Below the pieces are notes generated by a model that worked only from the letters and a program-made list of their open reading frames with translations, had not been told where the DNA came from and did no database searches. This document shows positions 17,875 to 29,165 of a stretch of DNA of 64,000 nucleotides, piece after piece. Origin of the DNA: Candidatus Enterousia sp. (GTDB taxonomy: Bacteria > Pseudomonadota > Alphaproteobacteria > Rs-D84). Where the stretch lies: assembly GCA_045613785.1 (NCBI GenBank), contig JAZLBQ010000007.1, forward strand, positions 78,547 to 142,546, given 5' to 3'. Position 1 is the stretch's first letter; each line of letters starts with the position of its first letter. The translations under genes and the position numbers were made by a program.

Positions 17875-19677
17875 TTATCGTCCTATGTTATTTGAATTAT
17901 AAAAATCTTCGAACTGGTTTTCCATATTCGTATTTGTTGACCCTGTTGGCTTTGTGTCTGCTTGTTTCTGACGTTTTTTATGAGAAACAAATATATTATA
18001 ATCTTTAGTGTTCGCAGACGAATTTACAAAATCCCAGAATGCAAACAGTTCTTCCATCATTGCCCTTTTTGCTGGGTCGCTATATTCAATACTGTCTGTG
18101 ATACGCTTTCCCAGTCTGCTTGTTCCTTGTTTAAATTTTACGCCATTTTCTTTGATTAGATTCTTTGCCATATTGCCCAGTTCAAATGCACCCATCAATG
18201 CGGTATTGACAACTTTATCAAATGCGTTTGTGACAATTTGCATTCCTTGGTTTTTATTCCATGAATATTTTGAATCTGATACCAAATTAAGTGGTGATTT
18301 TTTTAACTGGTCACGAATTGACGATGTTGTGGTAGTGTATCGCATTACTGCCAGCATTTCCAAAGCAACTTTTGCTTCTGCCTTTTTATCATCGTGTGCA
18401 GCCGCTTTGATTATCTCCGATATCAATGCACGCATCTGGTCACCGTCCTTCAGTGCCTCTTTAAAGAAATCCAAGCCAGATAATTTTGTCATGGTTTCCT
18501 TTACCCACTTCAATTTTTTTTGCACTGGATTTGGCAACTTGCCGTTTATATCGCCAAAAGTGTCCAAAATTTTCTTGGTCCCATCGGTTGGTTTTACGCC
18601 TTTTTTTATCAATTCAGGAACGATATACCGTGCATCTGTTGAATATATGTGTCTTGTGTGTTTGGTATTTAGTTTGCTAACAGTATCGACTTTCCAGTCG
18701 TTTATTTTGTCTTGGGCACGCTTCCAAAATGTTTTTCTGTCTGAATACTTTGGGGTTAACGCATTATCCCCATCTTTATAGTTTGTTTCATACAGACCCT
18801 TGTTTATCCATTTTGTGATATCACCTTCTGTATCTTTTTCTGCAAATTTGCCACGCAATTTTTCATCAGACACCAGTTTGCCCAACATTTTCGGCATTTC
18901 TGACTCAAATGTAGCCAATGAAGCGGGAACGATTGGTGAGTTTAATTGTTTACGAATTGCATCAATTGATGTTATATCCAATTGAGCAGCCGGTCCTACC
19001 CCTGGAATCGTTACAGCTGTCCCCAGACATGCAGGAATGTTATTCGCAGGCAATGGTTTGTCGCCACCCCACTGATAATAATGGCTGATGCTGCCCAAAA
19101 ACTTGTGTAAATTTTTCTGGGTTTTTGTATCTGATACATATGCACCACTGCTCAGATTATCGACCAGGCCCTTCAGGTCTTTTTCTTTCAATTCCCCGTT
19201 AAAGAAATTTGTAAAATCATTCAGGTTTGTGTTAATGTAATTTGCAATGCCTACCGGGTCTGCTAGTGCAGGAATAGTATATTGTTCAATTGCCTTGCCA
19301 GAACCATAGAACGCATTCAGAAATTTTTTCGTGGGGTCATTTTCACGCAGTTCCTTGTCTGCTTGAATATCACGCATCACAGGTGCAAGTTTTAGATATA
19401 AATCCTTCAAATCCGCAATAACTGGACTTACACCTGTTGCGACATCTTCGCCATTGTATGTGTATGTTGCGGCTCTTGGTGGGGTTGCTGTTGGGTCGGC
19501 TGGGGTTATATCACCAATTGTTGGTAAATTAGCCGCAGGATTCCACTCCTGTTGCTTTTTTGTTAACAGACCTTTTTTTCTTAAATCTTCCAATTTTGCA
19601 CGTGTGGCATCATCCATATTTCGCAGATTTAACTGCTTTGCCAAATCAATAATAAACTTTTCGTTATCAAACGCCAT
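17875..19677 (-). CDS. Large hypothetical protein (600 aa)
   Basis: Long ORF with host-like codons; no recognisable motif. Confidence 0.75.
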   Translation of the reverse strand: MAFDNEKFIIDLAKQLNLRNMDDATRAKLEDLRKKGLLTKKQQEWNPAANLPTIGDITPADPTATPPRAATYTYNGEDVATGVSPVIADLKDLYLKLAPVMRDIQADKELRENDPTKKFLNAFYGSGKAIEQYTIPALADPVGIANYINTNLNDFTNFFNGELKEKDLKGLVDNLSSGAYVSDTKTQKNLHKFLGSISHYYQWGGDKPLPANNIPACLGTAVTIPGVGPAAQLDITSIDAIRKQLNSPIVPASLATFESEMPKMLGKLVSDEKLRGKFAEKDTEGDITKWINKGLYETNYKDGDNALTPKYSDRKTFWKRAQDKINDWKVDTVSKLNTKHTRHIYSTDARYIVPELIKKGVKPTDGTKKILDTFGDINGKLPNPVQKKLKWVKETMTKLSGLDFFKEALKDGDQMRALISEIIKAAAHDDKKAEAKVALEMLAVMRYTTTTSSIRDQLKKSPLNLVSDSKYSWNKNQGMQIVTNAFDKVVNTALMGAFELGNMAKNLIKENGVKFKQGTSRLGKRITDSIEYSDPAKRAMMEELFAFWDFVNSSANTKDYNIFVSHKKRQKQADTKPTGSTNTNMENQFEDFYNSNNIGR

Positions 19678-19789
19678 ATCTGTGCACCTTTTCTTATCCC
19701 ATTTATTATAGTTCTTTTTATGCAGATTTTCAATATTTACTATACTTTTGTGGCAAAAAAATTATATACTCGTCCCAAAGGGGAAAAGC

Positions 19790-20965
19790 GTGAAAAGATT
19801 ATTTATTTCATTATACGGATTTGCATTTTTTAACAAGTTTTTACTGCTTACCCCTGTTTATGCTATTTTTATGCAGGAAAACGGTCTGTCTGACCTGCAA
19901 TTGTCCACAATGTTTATTGTTTCTGCACTGGGGACAATATTAGGACAAATTCCCATTGCGTTTCTGACAAATCGTTTGGGACAGCGTTGGTCAATGATTG
20001 TTGGGCAATTTGCTAAACTGTTCGCTATATTGCTTTGGCTGTTTATGCCGAATTATATTGGGTTTTTTGTTGGTATGTTCTTGTGGGGTGTTCAGGCTGG
20101 TTTTCGCAGTGTTGCATTCGAAGGCCTGGTCTATGATTCAATATCCGCCTATGGGTTGCGGGCTGATTATTCACGTATCTTAGGGCGAAAATCAACGTAT
20201 GAGTCTGTTGGGGTTGCATTATCTGCATTTGGTTCATTGCTGATGTTTCTAGGCTATGATTGGGTGACTTGGGCGTCTGCATTTGCGATATTGTCGTCAA
20301 TGTTATGTTTGCTGGCTATTCCATACCGTCCAGAAATGCAAAGTGTTCCTGTTTCAACATTAAAGTTCCGTAAATTATTGCGTTCAGGCATTCGTGTAAT
20401 ATTAAAGACGCCGTGTTTAATGTCTGTTATGCTGGTGACGTTATTAGCGATAAACCTGCCATATCTGGACGATTTTTTAAGTCCGATTGGATTACAAATT
20501 GGTATCCCAACAGAGTTTGTAGGGCTTGTTCCGTTGTTCTTGTTAGGGTGTGCTACATTAGGGCAACGCTTTGCCTATAGGTTCAGTCATATCACAGATT
20601 GGTTTTTATATTGTCTGATTGGTGTTGTTGGTATATGTTTTATCTTGTTCGGTGGCACATACAACACAGGAACACTGTGGTTGCTGGGGGTTGCGTATAT
20701 GTTGTTCTATGGAATATATACTCTGCTTTACGCACGATTTCAGCACATGTTGCCGGTGGCATATCGGTCAATAGTTTTATCTGTTTACACAACAATCAAT
20801 TACTTGATTTATATTGGCGTATGTGGGGTTGTTGGGCTGGGCTCAACACTTGGCAGCTGGCGTTTCAGCATAATAATTCTTGGGGTCTTGATGTTGATAT
20901 TGATGGCTGGGGCGTTTTTGTTTGTTCGACCACGCTGTAAAATACGGGCAGGGGACTTGTCCTAG
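19790..20965 (+). CDS. MFS transporter
   Basis: About 12 hydrophobic segments; motif A-like LTNRLGQR; GTG start after GGGG RBS. Confidence 0.85.
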   Translation: MKRLFISLYGFAFFNKFLLLTPVYAIFMQENGLSDLQLSTMFIVSALGTILGQIPIAFLTNRLGQRWSMIVGQFAKLFAILLWLFMPNYIGFFVGMFLWGVQAGFRSVAFEGLVYDSISAYGLRADYSRILGRKSTYESVGVALSAFGSLLMFLGYDWVTWASAFAILSSMLCLLAIPYRPEMQSVPVSTLKFRKLLRSGIRVILKTPCLMSVMLVTLLAINLPYLDDFLSPIGLQIGIPTEFVGLVPLFLLGCATLGQRFAYRFSHITDWFLYCLIGVVGICFILFGGTYNTGTLWLLGVAYMLFYGIYTLLYARFQHMLPVAYRSIVLSVYTTINYLIYIGVCGVVGLGSTLGSWRFSIIILGVLMLILMAGAFLFVRPRCKIRAGDLS

Positions 20966-21013
20966 GTGTTTGTTCTTATACAAATTGCCGTAAAAGTGAT
21001 TTAAAATACGCTT

Positions 21014-21697
21014 ATGAAGCTAAGCGTCAGAACATTTATGTTAAAAAGTCTGCCATACCTGATGTCCATTGCAGGTGGTGTAATTTTATATACCGGTGCG
21101 ATTGACAATGCCCCCAATGCAAATATCCGAGATTTAGTAATAAATGTATCTGCGTCATTGCTGTCAATTCCATTGGTGTTTTTGTTATATGATTACACTA
21201 ATTCCCGAATAAACAGTCAAATGAAAAAGACCCTTGCGAATAGCTTATCTGACAAATTAAATACGCTGATATTGAACATAATAATGACATTACGAGAATC
21301 GATGTCTATTCGGACGAAACTAACTCCAGAAAATTTGAACAGGATGCTGATATTGCGAGCACCAGAAATATCACGTCGTCAAAAAATGACACTACGCATA
21401 TTACAAGACCTCCATACATACCACGACAGTTTGGATACGTTATTATATCGGAACTCACAAAGTGATGTATTGACCCCGACCCAAGTCCAGATTTTATCAG
21501 GTTTAACACGTGATATAACACACTTGATAAACGAGAACAAATTTCGTCGGAACAAACATATTGCATCGAAATACACAGAAAACATAATGAATCACATCTT
21601 AGACTGGCTAGATTCTGATGCACTAGCAAGCATAACAATTCAGGCACATTTATCGCCAAACATAGTGAAAAAACCAGGAAAAACGAATAAAAAATAA
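21014..21697 (+). CDS. Hypothetical membrane protein (two N-terminal TMs)
   Basis: ORF length and hydrophobicity pattern. Confidence 0.65.
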   Translation: MKLSVRTFMLKSLPYLMSIAGGVILYTGAIDNAPNANIRDLVINVSASLLSIPLVFLLYDYTNSRINSQMKKTLANSLSDKLNTLILNIIMTLRESMSIRTKLTPENLNRMLILRAPEISRRQKMTLRILQDLHTYHDSLDTLLYRNSQSDVLTPTQVQILSGLTRDITHLINENKFRRNKHIASKYTENIMNHILDWLDSDALASITIQAHLSPNIVKKPGKTNKK

Positions 21698-21799
21698 AAA
21701 AGTATTATTTTTTCTTGCAATTTAAATTTTTTTATGTCAAAATATCGCCCGACCCTTGGGAAAAAGATAGAAATATTTTTGATTCCCAGGTCCGGTTTT

Positions 21800-21875
21800 G
21801 GGGACATAGCTCAGTTGGTAGAGCAAATGACTTTTAATCATTGGGTCCAGGGTTCGAGTCCCTGTGTCCCCACCA
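21800..21875 (+). tRNA. tRNA-Lys(TTT)
   Basis: GGGGACATAGCTCAGTTGG...CTTTTAA...GGTTCGAGTCCCTGTGTCCCCACCA. Confidence 0.96.
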
Positions 21876-21877
21876 GG

Positions 21878-21903
21878 AAATCCGCAGAAATCTGCGGTTT
21901 TTT
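21878..21903 (+). terminator. tRNA-Lys terminator
   Basis: ccgcaga-aa-tctgcgg followed by a T run. Confidence 0.75.
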
Positions 21904-21966
21904 ATTTTGTCCTAGTTGTCGAAAATACCAATTTGTGCTGTAAAAAAGCACGAAAAAGCGTGTTTT

Positions 21967-21996
21967 TGCACAAAGTTTGCACAAAATCTGCACAAA
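21967..21996. repeat. Three TGCACAAA direct repeats, 11-bp period (possible integrase arm-type sites)
   Basis: Copies at 21967, 21978 and 21989, about 90 bp downstream of tRNA-Lys. Confidence 0.6.
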
Positions 21997-24285
21997 TGCC
22001 CCTTTCAGACTGTGCATAATATTTACTTGGTCTTTGATTGCTTTGCTGATTGTTTTCTCACGTTCCTGCATAGTTTCCGTTGTAGATGGTATGATTTCGC
22101 CGTTTTCGTCACGTGGGTTCGTCATACTATCTCTTGCAGGACTGGATGGGATTGGTGGCAAAGTCATATTCCCATACCATACATTGAAGAAATCAACCGC
22201 TGACTGGTCTAATACTGGATGGACAATCATACCGTTTTCGTTTCTAAATCCAATCTGTGCGATAGATTTATACTTTTCAGGTATCCAGTTCAAGTATTCT
22301 GTCATTGGCAGTGTAGCACCATCAGGAACGGGTGCAAGACCAGTAATAACTGCTTCGGTCATCGTTGCGAATGTTTCCTGCTGACTGCGTGTCAATGTTT
22401 CCTGCTGTGGGTCTATGCCTAGAATACCGAATAAAGTGTTGGTTTCGTCAATCCACTGCTGACCGATAGTCAATTCCCCTTTGGATGCTTTCTTGAACAT
22501 AGAAAACGTATTGTCCAGCCAGAAATGTGCCATTTCGTGTGGCAGGGTCATTGTATTCATATTTCTACCCAGAACAATAACCTTTAACTCTGCATCATAG
22601 TATCCGTTCGCTTGTGTGCGTTGGAATAACTGGTTGCCCAATTGGTCAAATTTCTTACGTAATACTTTTACATCTTTATCGTTGAATATTACGAAGCAGC
22701 GACCATCCTGTTGACCGTCATAAGTAATCCCTTTAATGCCATGCTTTTCCAACAACTGTGATGCTTCTTTATCATTACCAACCAAGTTAGAAATACGGTC
22801 GTATATGTTGCCACCACTAAAGCCAAGTTCCCAATCTGTTATTTCTTGCTGAACAAAATCAACGCCGTCTTCGTGGTATTTATCAAACACAGGGTCTGCT
22901 AAAACTTCTTTCAGTTTTTCTTTTACAAATGCTGGCTGGTCTTTTAATAATTTCTGTTCATCTAGCAATACGTCCATTTCTGGTATATCTACTTCGTGAA
23001 CTTGCCCCTTTGGTTCTATGTATTTTAACAAATCAACATTCATATCTTCTAACAATGACAGTGTTTTTTTGTATGCTTGTATGTCTGCGTTGCCTTCAAG
23101 AAACCACTCTTCGCTATGTTCAGAACGTTTGGCAGTAGATAATAAATCTTCAATATCTTTTATGCGCGCGGTTATCCATCGTTCTGTTGCGTTTTTACCT
23201 GTGTCAGTTAAATGTTTTAATGTAAGTCCGTCAATATCTTTATACTTTGTTTCTGGCATTGGCTTACCATTATAAAAATAATTGTTTGAACCGCGTTTTT
23301 CGTCTGCAATAAATGTTTCACGATATTTTTCTGCAATCTGTGGGTCAAGTGCATAATACAATCCCCAGCCGTGTGCCTGTGCGCCTTCGCCTGTTCCTAT
23401 TGCTTCTAGCGAAGGTCTATCATAGTCAACACGAGAACCAGCATAGGCAGATTGGTATAAGACCCCTTCATTATATCTTGCAGGCTTGACTTTTTGTCTT
23501 AAAACACCTAAACTAATAGTAGTGATAGAACCAGTATCCAACCGCTTAAACGGTCTCGCTGCTGGTTCTATTTCTATTTCAGTGATTTTTTGCCCTGCAA
23601 ACACATTAGGATTATCCGCTCTGGTGGACACATCCACATATATTGCCACACTGTATGGAATGTTATCTATTACTAATGCAGAATGATATATATCTTGTCC
23701 TTTGACATTTGGGTGTCTTATATCCGATTTTCTAAAACCTGAATAATGTGCTTTTTGTAATATTTGTTTTATTTCTTGCAAAACAGCAAAGTATTCTTTT
23801 TTATGTCCCTTGGAAACAGCACGTTTTATTCCGGCGTTTGATAACAACACAATTTCTCCGTTGGATTTGATGCTTACATTCCTTTCATCGCCTAGAACCG
23901 ATTGTATATATTCTATCAGTTTCTTTTTAGTTCCAAATGCCTTTATTGTTTTTTCTGAAACCTTGACCGGTTCAATAGTTTCGCTATCATCAGCAATTTG
24001 TGGTCCTTCTTCTCTTTGAACAAGGTCTGTCTGTTCTAGAACCTGTATATCAACTGTATTATCAAACTGGTTCATTCTAGACATCAGGACTGCTGTTAAA
24101 CTTTTACTGGTGCAGTGGTCGCCGTCAAATGATTCAAGATTTTGTTCTTTTAACGCCTGATAATACAAATCGTCATCGTTGAATATACCTTTCTTGCCTA
24201 GACGATTATTGCCGTTTTTTTATTATTGCTTTTTTGCCCGTTTTTGTTAAATTCAAGCCAGGATAAAATAATACAGGTGGGAAAA

Positions 24286-24729
24286 ATGAAATATAATCTT
24301 GGTTTATTTGCGTGCGTGCTTATTCTGACGGGCTGTGCAGAATACAGTGTGATAAATAATTATTCGCTAGAAAAGTTTAATAATTCAGAAGTGCCAGTTT
24401 GCGTAAACTATCCCCAACGCGTCAAAAAGGTCGGTTATGCCTATCAGACAAAGGGGGTATGTGGCCCCATTCAAATTCCTGCTGAATACGAAGTCTTAGA
24501 TGGTGAATGTGATGTCCTTGCACCAGAGGTAGTATCCTATTCATACTGTCTGGCTCAAATGCCAAAGCCTGTTCATCTGGTTGAAAAACAAGAAAAGGAT
24601 ATGACAATTTGTTATGATCGAAACAATCATGTTGAATTGCCCATATCGTATTGTCAAAAGGATATAAACGTAATACAAAACACAAATGTTACTACTCGTG
24701 TTTCCCAGGTGTCGGCATTTGTTTGGTAG
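24286..24729 (+). CDS. Cys-rich lipoprotein
   Basis: MKYNLGLFACVLILTGC lipobox; several Cys. Confidence 0.7.
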   Translation: MKYNLGLFACVLILTGCAEYSVINNYSLEKFNNSEVPVCVNYPQRVKKVGYAYQTKGVCGPIQIPAEYEVLDGECDVLAPEVVSYSYCLAQMPKPVHLVEKQEKDMTICYDRNNHVELPISYCQKDINVIQNTNVTTRVSQVSAFVW

Positions 24730-24779
24730 TTCAGAATAAAAGCAATAAAACAAGGGCAGCGTTTGCTGCCCTGATTTTT

Positions 24780-26846
24780 TTACTTATCATATTCACCTTC
24801 GAATATAAACGGTGATGCGGTTGCAGATTTTCCACAACAGGTATTTGCACGGTATAAACTAAGTGTTTGTTTGGAACGAGTTGCCGCAACATAAAACAGT
24901 CGTCTTTCAGCCTCGTATGCTTCTGGACTGGTTTGAGATTGTGATTTAGGCCAGATTCCGTCGTCAACGTTCAAGATAAATACTTGGTCATATTGGCGAC
25001 CCTTTACACGCAGGGCAGTTGACAGTATAACACGGACATCATCTGAATTTTGCAGTGTTTCATTTTCTTCGGTCGCAAACTTTGCTTTTTCAATCGCTGC
25101 ATTAAAGTCGTCCAAGAATCCGTCATAGTCATCACCATATTTTGACGCAAAGTCCAACAAACTGCGTAATGGTGGCTCACGGAAATACAGGTCTTCCATT
25201 GAACGGCTGTAATTTTGTTTCAAGCCATCAAAATTATTCAACAGGCAATCCAATGTTTCATATACATTTTCTGCCGCCAAGAAATCCTGCAACAGACTTT
25301 CAAAGTTTTCGATAAAGGTGTCATCAAATATCCGAAATTCCTTTGGGTGTTCAGTTGCCAATGTTGCCAGTGCTGCCCGAATTGTTTCTGGTTTGGTGTT
25401 CATCTTCAAGAACGTCCGCCCGATTGTATTTCTGGCCTTTGGATATACCTGATTACGACAGGCTAAACAAACCAGTTCGATTAAATCCTCCCGGTTTATG
25501 CGATTGCCTTTTTGTTTTATTGCCATCACACGGTTCAGGCTGGCTGCGGCATCAGTCAGAAAGAATGCCAAGTCAGCACTGACTTTATAGTCAACTTGTT
25601 CTTTGGTCAACAGCACCTGATAAGGCAACAAACTGGCCTTTAATCTAGACAACACAGCGACAGTCTGATTGGTTTCTCTTGCAATTCGTTTAATTTCTGC
25701 CACAACGTCATCAATCATTTGTTCTTGGGTATCAAATACTTTCAGATTGATATTTGCCAAATCCATCGCAGTGCTTGATTTTACTGTTTTGGGTTCTCGA
25801 TTTTTATTGTATGAAATCAATTTCATTGACTTTTCAACAATATTTTTAGGCGAACGGAAATTTTCATCCAGTAAAAACGTAGTAAACATATTCCCAAATA
25901 TTTCATCAGGGTGCAGAATAAAATATGGTGCAGCCCCACGGAATTCATAAATAGACTGGTCGTCGTCGCCCACGATAATCAGCCCAGCATCATTTAATTT
26001 TTGCAGGTTTGAAATCAGCATTAAATCCAACGGGCTGGTATCTTGAAATTCATCGACAAAGATATAGTCTATTTTTGTTGCTCCGTTCCAACGTTCGCCA
26101 CGTTGAACTTTTTTGTTCAGTTCAATATTTGCAAAATATTTTTGGTCATCAAACGTATAGACGCCCATTGCTCTCATTTGTTCGCAGCAATCCCCCCAGA
26201 ATGGAATCCAATATTTTACGATGAATTCGTCTTTATCTTTGATTGTTTTTATAACACTGCTGCATTCCTGAATAAGCGTATCGACCAACGTGTTATAGTA
26301 TCTTTCCAAGTCAACTTTTTTTATAAATTTCAGGTGTTCATCATAAATTTTCTTGTCTTGTTCATAATTGCCGGAAAAAGCGGTGTGCAAAAAGCCAATA
26401 TTTTTGAATTGGTCAACGATATCCAGCATAGTCAGACATCTATTTTTATTAAATTTACCTGAAAACATTTTACCAAAAGTATCCTTGTATTCAGGTTTGT
26501 CGCCCCAAATTGGTTGCAAGAAGTTTGAAAAACAAAATTGTCTGTCTTTTAGTGTGTTTAGTATTTTTGGGTTTTTTAGCGTGTTTGTTTTTATATAGTT
26601 GTTTCCCCAACTGTTCAGTGTATTTGCCGAAACGCAGTCTTCGTCATTGCAACGTTGTCTAATTTCATCAGCTGCCCCACGTGTAAAGGTAAACATATGA
26701 ATACGGGCGCGATTTTTCTTTGCGATGATATTGCGTGCTTTTTCGATAATAGAAAAAGTTTTTCCGCACCCCGCTGGTGCCAGCAATCTGATAAACTTTG
26801 CATCACTGTTGATGAAATCTGATTGTGATTTAGTGTAATTCGACAT
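24780..26846 (-). CDS. UvrD/Rep-family SF1 helicase
   Basis: APAGCGKT, FTFTRGAA, VDEFQD, VGDDDQSIYEFRGA, NFRS, ERRLFYVAATR. Confidence 0.92.
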   Translation of the reverse strand: MSNYTKSQSDFINSDAKFIRLLAPAGCGKTFSIIEKARNIIAKKNRARIHMFTFTRGAADEIRQRCNDEDCVSANTLNSWGNNYIKTNTLKNPKILNTLKDRQFCFSNFLQPIWGDKPEYKDTFGKMFSGKFNKNRCLTMLDIVDQFKNIGFLHTAFSGNYEQDKKIYDEHLKFIKKVDLERYYNTLVDTLIQECSSVIKTIKDKDEFIVKYWIPFWGDCCEQMRAMGVYTFDDQKYFANIELNKKVQRGERWNGATKIDYIFVDEFQDTSPLDLMLISNLQKLNDAGLIIVGDDDQSIYEFRGAAPYFILHPDEIFGNMFTTFLLDENFRSPKNIVEKSMKLISYNKNREPKTVKSSTAMDLANINLKVFDTQEQMIDDVVAEIKRIARETNQTVAVLSRLKASLLPYQVLLTKEQVDYKVSADLAFFLTDAAASLNRVMAIKQKGNRINREDLIELVCLACRNQVYPKARNTIGRTFLKMNTKPETIRAALATLATEHPKEFRIFDDTFIENFESLLQDFLAAENVYETLDCLLNNFDGLKQNYSRSMEDLYFREPPLRSLLDFASKYGDDYDGFLDDFNAAIEKAKFATEENETLQNSDDVRVILSTALRVKGRQYDQVFILNVDDGIWPKSQSQTSPEAYEAERRLFYVAATRSKQTLSLYRANTCCGKSATASPFIFEGEYDK

Positions 26847-26999
26847 TTTGCAACCCTTGTTTTGTCCAGAAGTAATGTTATCCTAAATATTTTATATTTC
26901 TACAAATTTTTACGATTTTTGTCCTAGACAATGACATCAAATATTTTGTAGTCTATAAGCGTTATACAAAGAATCTTTTAAAATTCCCAGGGGGCAAAA

Positions 27000-28430
27000 A
27001 TGGCAAAGAAACAGACGAAAAATCAAGAAAAACCAAACAAGAAAAAATATTATGTCCGTGCTGCATTTTTTAGTGCGATTTTTGGCATTTTGTCATTGCT
27101 TGGAATGCTGTATCTAGGTGGGGCAGGTTGGTTGGACAGCTTTATTACTGCGGTATTTTGTGCTGGAATGATGTGGCTGTTGGTTCATGATCTGATTTTT
27201 CACAAGTATTGTGCATCTTGGTATCCGACAATTGGTATGTTGGGAACATTTGTTGGAATTTTTGTCGGATTACAAGGCCTAGATATTTCTGATTTTGCAA
27301 CAATTGTTGATAACTTGTCTAATTTGCTAGACGGCTTGAAACTGGCATTTATTACCAGTATTGTTGGTGTGGGGTTATCTGGCCTTCGAAAAATCTTGGA
27401 TTACATTGGTGTGAACAAGATTGATACCGATGTTCAGGAAACTTCTTTGTTTGAAATCTTGTCAAACGGTTCGAACGCATCGCTTGCCATCAGTGAAAAT
27501 ACCGCACAATTCAAAGGTGGCGATATTGCAGGGCAAATTGCTGCATTGCAGGCCGAATTTAAGCAGTTTTCCGAACGTGCTGCTGAAAATATGGGAAATC
27601 AGTTTGCAAATGCCCTGGGGAATATTGCAACGGATTTGAATACAAAAATATCGGAACAGTTTGGTGGGAATCTTGCCAAATTTGCAGATTCTGTTGATGT
27701 CCTGGTCGAATGGCAAAAACAGAACAAGGCCGATATGGATTCTTACATTGCCCAGTTAAAAGCCTATGCGGATACCTATAATGAAAAACTGGATAAACTA
27801 ACTGGTGCGGCTGACAGTCTGGAACAGATTATTACCCGTGCGAATGCCCAGATTGAAATTCTGGCCGGTGGCTTGACCGCAATGCAACAACTGGGCAAGG
27901 ATGCCGCTGATGCAATCCCTCAGGTTCAATCCCTGGTGGCTGAGGCAAAAAATACCTATGAACAGGTATCCACAATCCCTGCGGTTATCGAAAGTGGCCT
28001 TGAAACCGCCAACACCGATATTCAGACCAAGATGCAAGAAACGGCAAAACGTATTGTTTATGACGTGACCAAGGCTGCATCCGATGAAATGGGAAAAATC
28101 AGCGATGTTGCCACCAAAAATATCACAGGAATCGAAACGGCACTAGAAAAATTGGATAACGCTGTTCGCAACTTCTATGGCGGTGCCGGTGCGTTAAGCA
28201 CGCTAAAAGGGGAAATGGAACGCCTAAAAGCCAATCTAAGAGATGGTGGGAATTTCCTGTGTGGTGCAATGGAAAAAAGTGCAATAACTGTTTACGAAGA
28301 ATTGAATAAGTATTCGGAAACACAGGCAAATATTGAACGTTTGTTGACCAAGCTAACCGAACAAGAAACTGCAAAAGCCGCCCAGACTACCAAAAAAACA
28401 AAAACATCAAAACAAAAGCAAGAGGCCTAA
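27000..28430 (+). CDS. zorA: ZorA-like (MotA/TolQ-type TM domain with long cytoplasmic helical tail)
   Basis: PTIGMLGTFVGI, GLKLAFITSIVG, then a long coiled-coil tail including QFGGNL..F..SV..L.EWQ. Confidence 0.85.
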   Translation: MAKKQTKNQEKPNKKKYYVRAAFFSAIFGILSLLGMLYLGGAGWLDSFITAVFCAGMMWLLVHDLIFHKYCASWYPTIGMLGTFVGIFVGLQGLDISDFATIVDNLSNLLDGLKLAFITSIVGVGLSGLRKILDYIGVNKIDTDVQETSLFEILSNGSNASLAISENTAQFKGGDIAGQIAALQAEFKQFSERAAENMGNQFANALGNIATDLNTKISEQFGGNLAKFADSVDVLVEWQKQNKADMDSYIAQLKAYADTYNEKLDKLTGAADSLEQIITRANAQIEILAGGLTAMQQLGKDAADAIPQVQSLVAEAKNTYEQVSTIPAVIESGLETANTDIQTKMQETAKRIVYDVTKAASDEMGKISDVATKNITGIETALEKLDNAVRNFYGGAGALSTLKGEMERLKANLRDGGNFLCGAMEKSAITVYEELNKYSETQANIERLLTKLTEQETAKAAQTTKKTKTSKQKQEA

Positions 28431-28433
28431 TAA

Positions 28434-29165
28434 ATGCTGTTAAAAAATCATGATGATTCATCGCATTTCATATCGCTGTCAGACATTATGACAGCCTTGA
28501 TGATGGTCTTTATGTTTATTTCTGTGGCAATTATTACCCAGATTCAAAAGGAAAACGTATCAGGCCTGCGTGAATCCCAGCAAAAACGTCAACAACACCT
28601 TGCAGCAACGATGATTGATGCTGTTGACAGCAAACTGGATCGTTGGGGGGCCAGTATTGATGCCGATAATCTGACTATAACTTTTGTGGATTCTGCTGGC
28701 ACAGGTGCGGTATCTAGCGGTGGCAGTATTGCGGATTTTCGTTCCCGGACATTGTTTGATGTCGGCAGTTCTGAACTTAGTCCTGAATTTAAGCAGACGC
28801 TTTCTGAATTTTTCCCTGTTTATATCAAATGGGTTCAAAAGAACAAAGACCTGATTCAGGAAATTCGTATCGAAGGTCATGCGGATTCCACGGGCAAGGC
28901 TGGTCAAACCGAACGTGAAAGTTATTTCTTTAATATGGCGCTGTCCCAGGCACGCACAATCAGTGTGTTGGAATATTGTATGACCCTGCCGAACTTTACA
29001 AATACTGATTTTGAAAATATGAAGGAATTTATAACCGCCAACGGTTTCAGTTTTTCCCACGTGATAAAGGATGCCAGTGGTCGTGAAAATCGTGCTGCAT
29101 CACGTCGTGTTGAATTTCGTGCGTTGCCAAAAAGTGTATTCCAAACCAAGTCAGGGGATTTGTAA
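28434..29165 (+). CDS. zorB: ZorB-like (MotB/OmpA peptidoglycan-binding)
   Basis: ISLSDIMTALM (conserved Asp), IRIEGHADS, NMALSQAR, SRRVEF. Confidence 0.88.
   Translation: MLLKNHDDSSHFISLSDIMTALMMVFMFISVAIITQIQKENVSGLRESQQKRQQHLAATMIDAVDSKLDRWGASIDADNLTITFVDSAGTGAVSSGGSIADFRSRTLFDVGSSELSPEFKQTLSEFFPVYIKWVQKNKDLIQEIRIEGHADSTGKAGQTERESYFFNMALSQARTISVLEYCMTLPNFTNTDFENMKEFITANGFSFSHVIKDASGRENRAASRRVEFRALPKSVFQTKSGDL

Larger units (their letters stand above)
21838..24168 (-). pseudogene. Internal fragment of a phage large polyvalent protein (LPD3-like + LPD23/ART-like + zincin-like)
   Basis: AYAGS..DYDRPSLEAIGTGEGAQAHGWGLYY, GIKGITYDG..CFVIFND, PHEMAH; no good start; last ~60 codons run into the repeats and antisense tRNA. 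Confidence 0.7.

Noticed and set aside
27000-29165. Flagellar MotAB or TolQR/ExbBD
   Set aside because: Long cytoplasmic tail, ZorE-like third gene and defence context fit Zorya better
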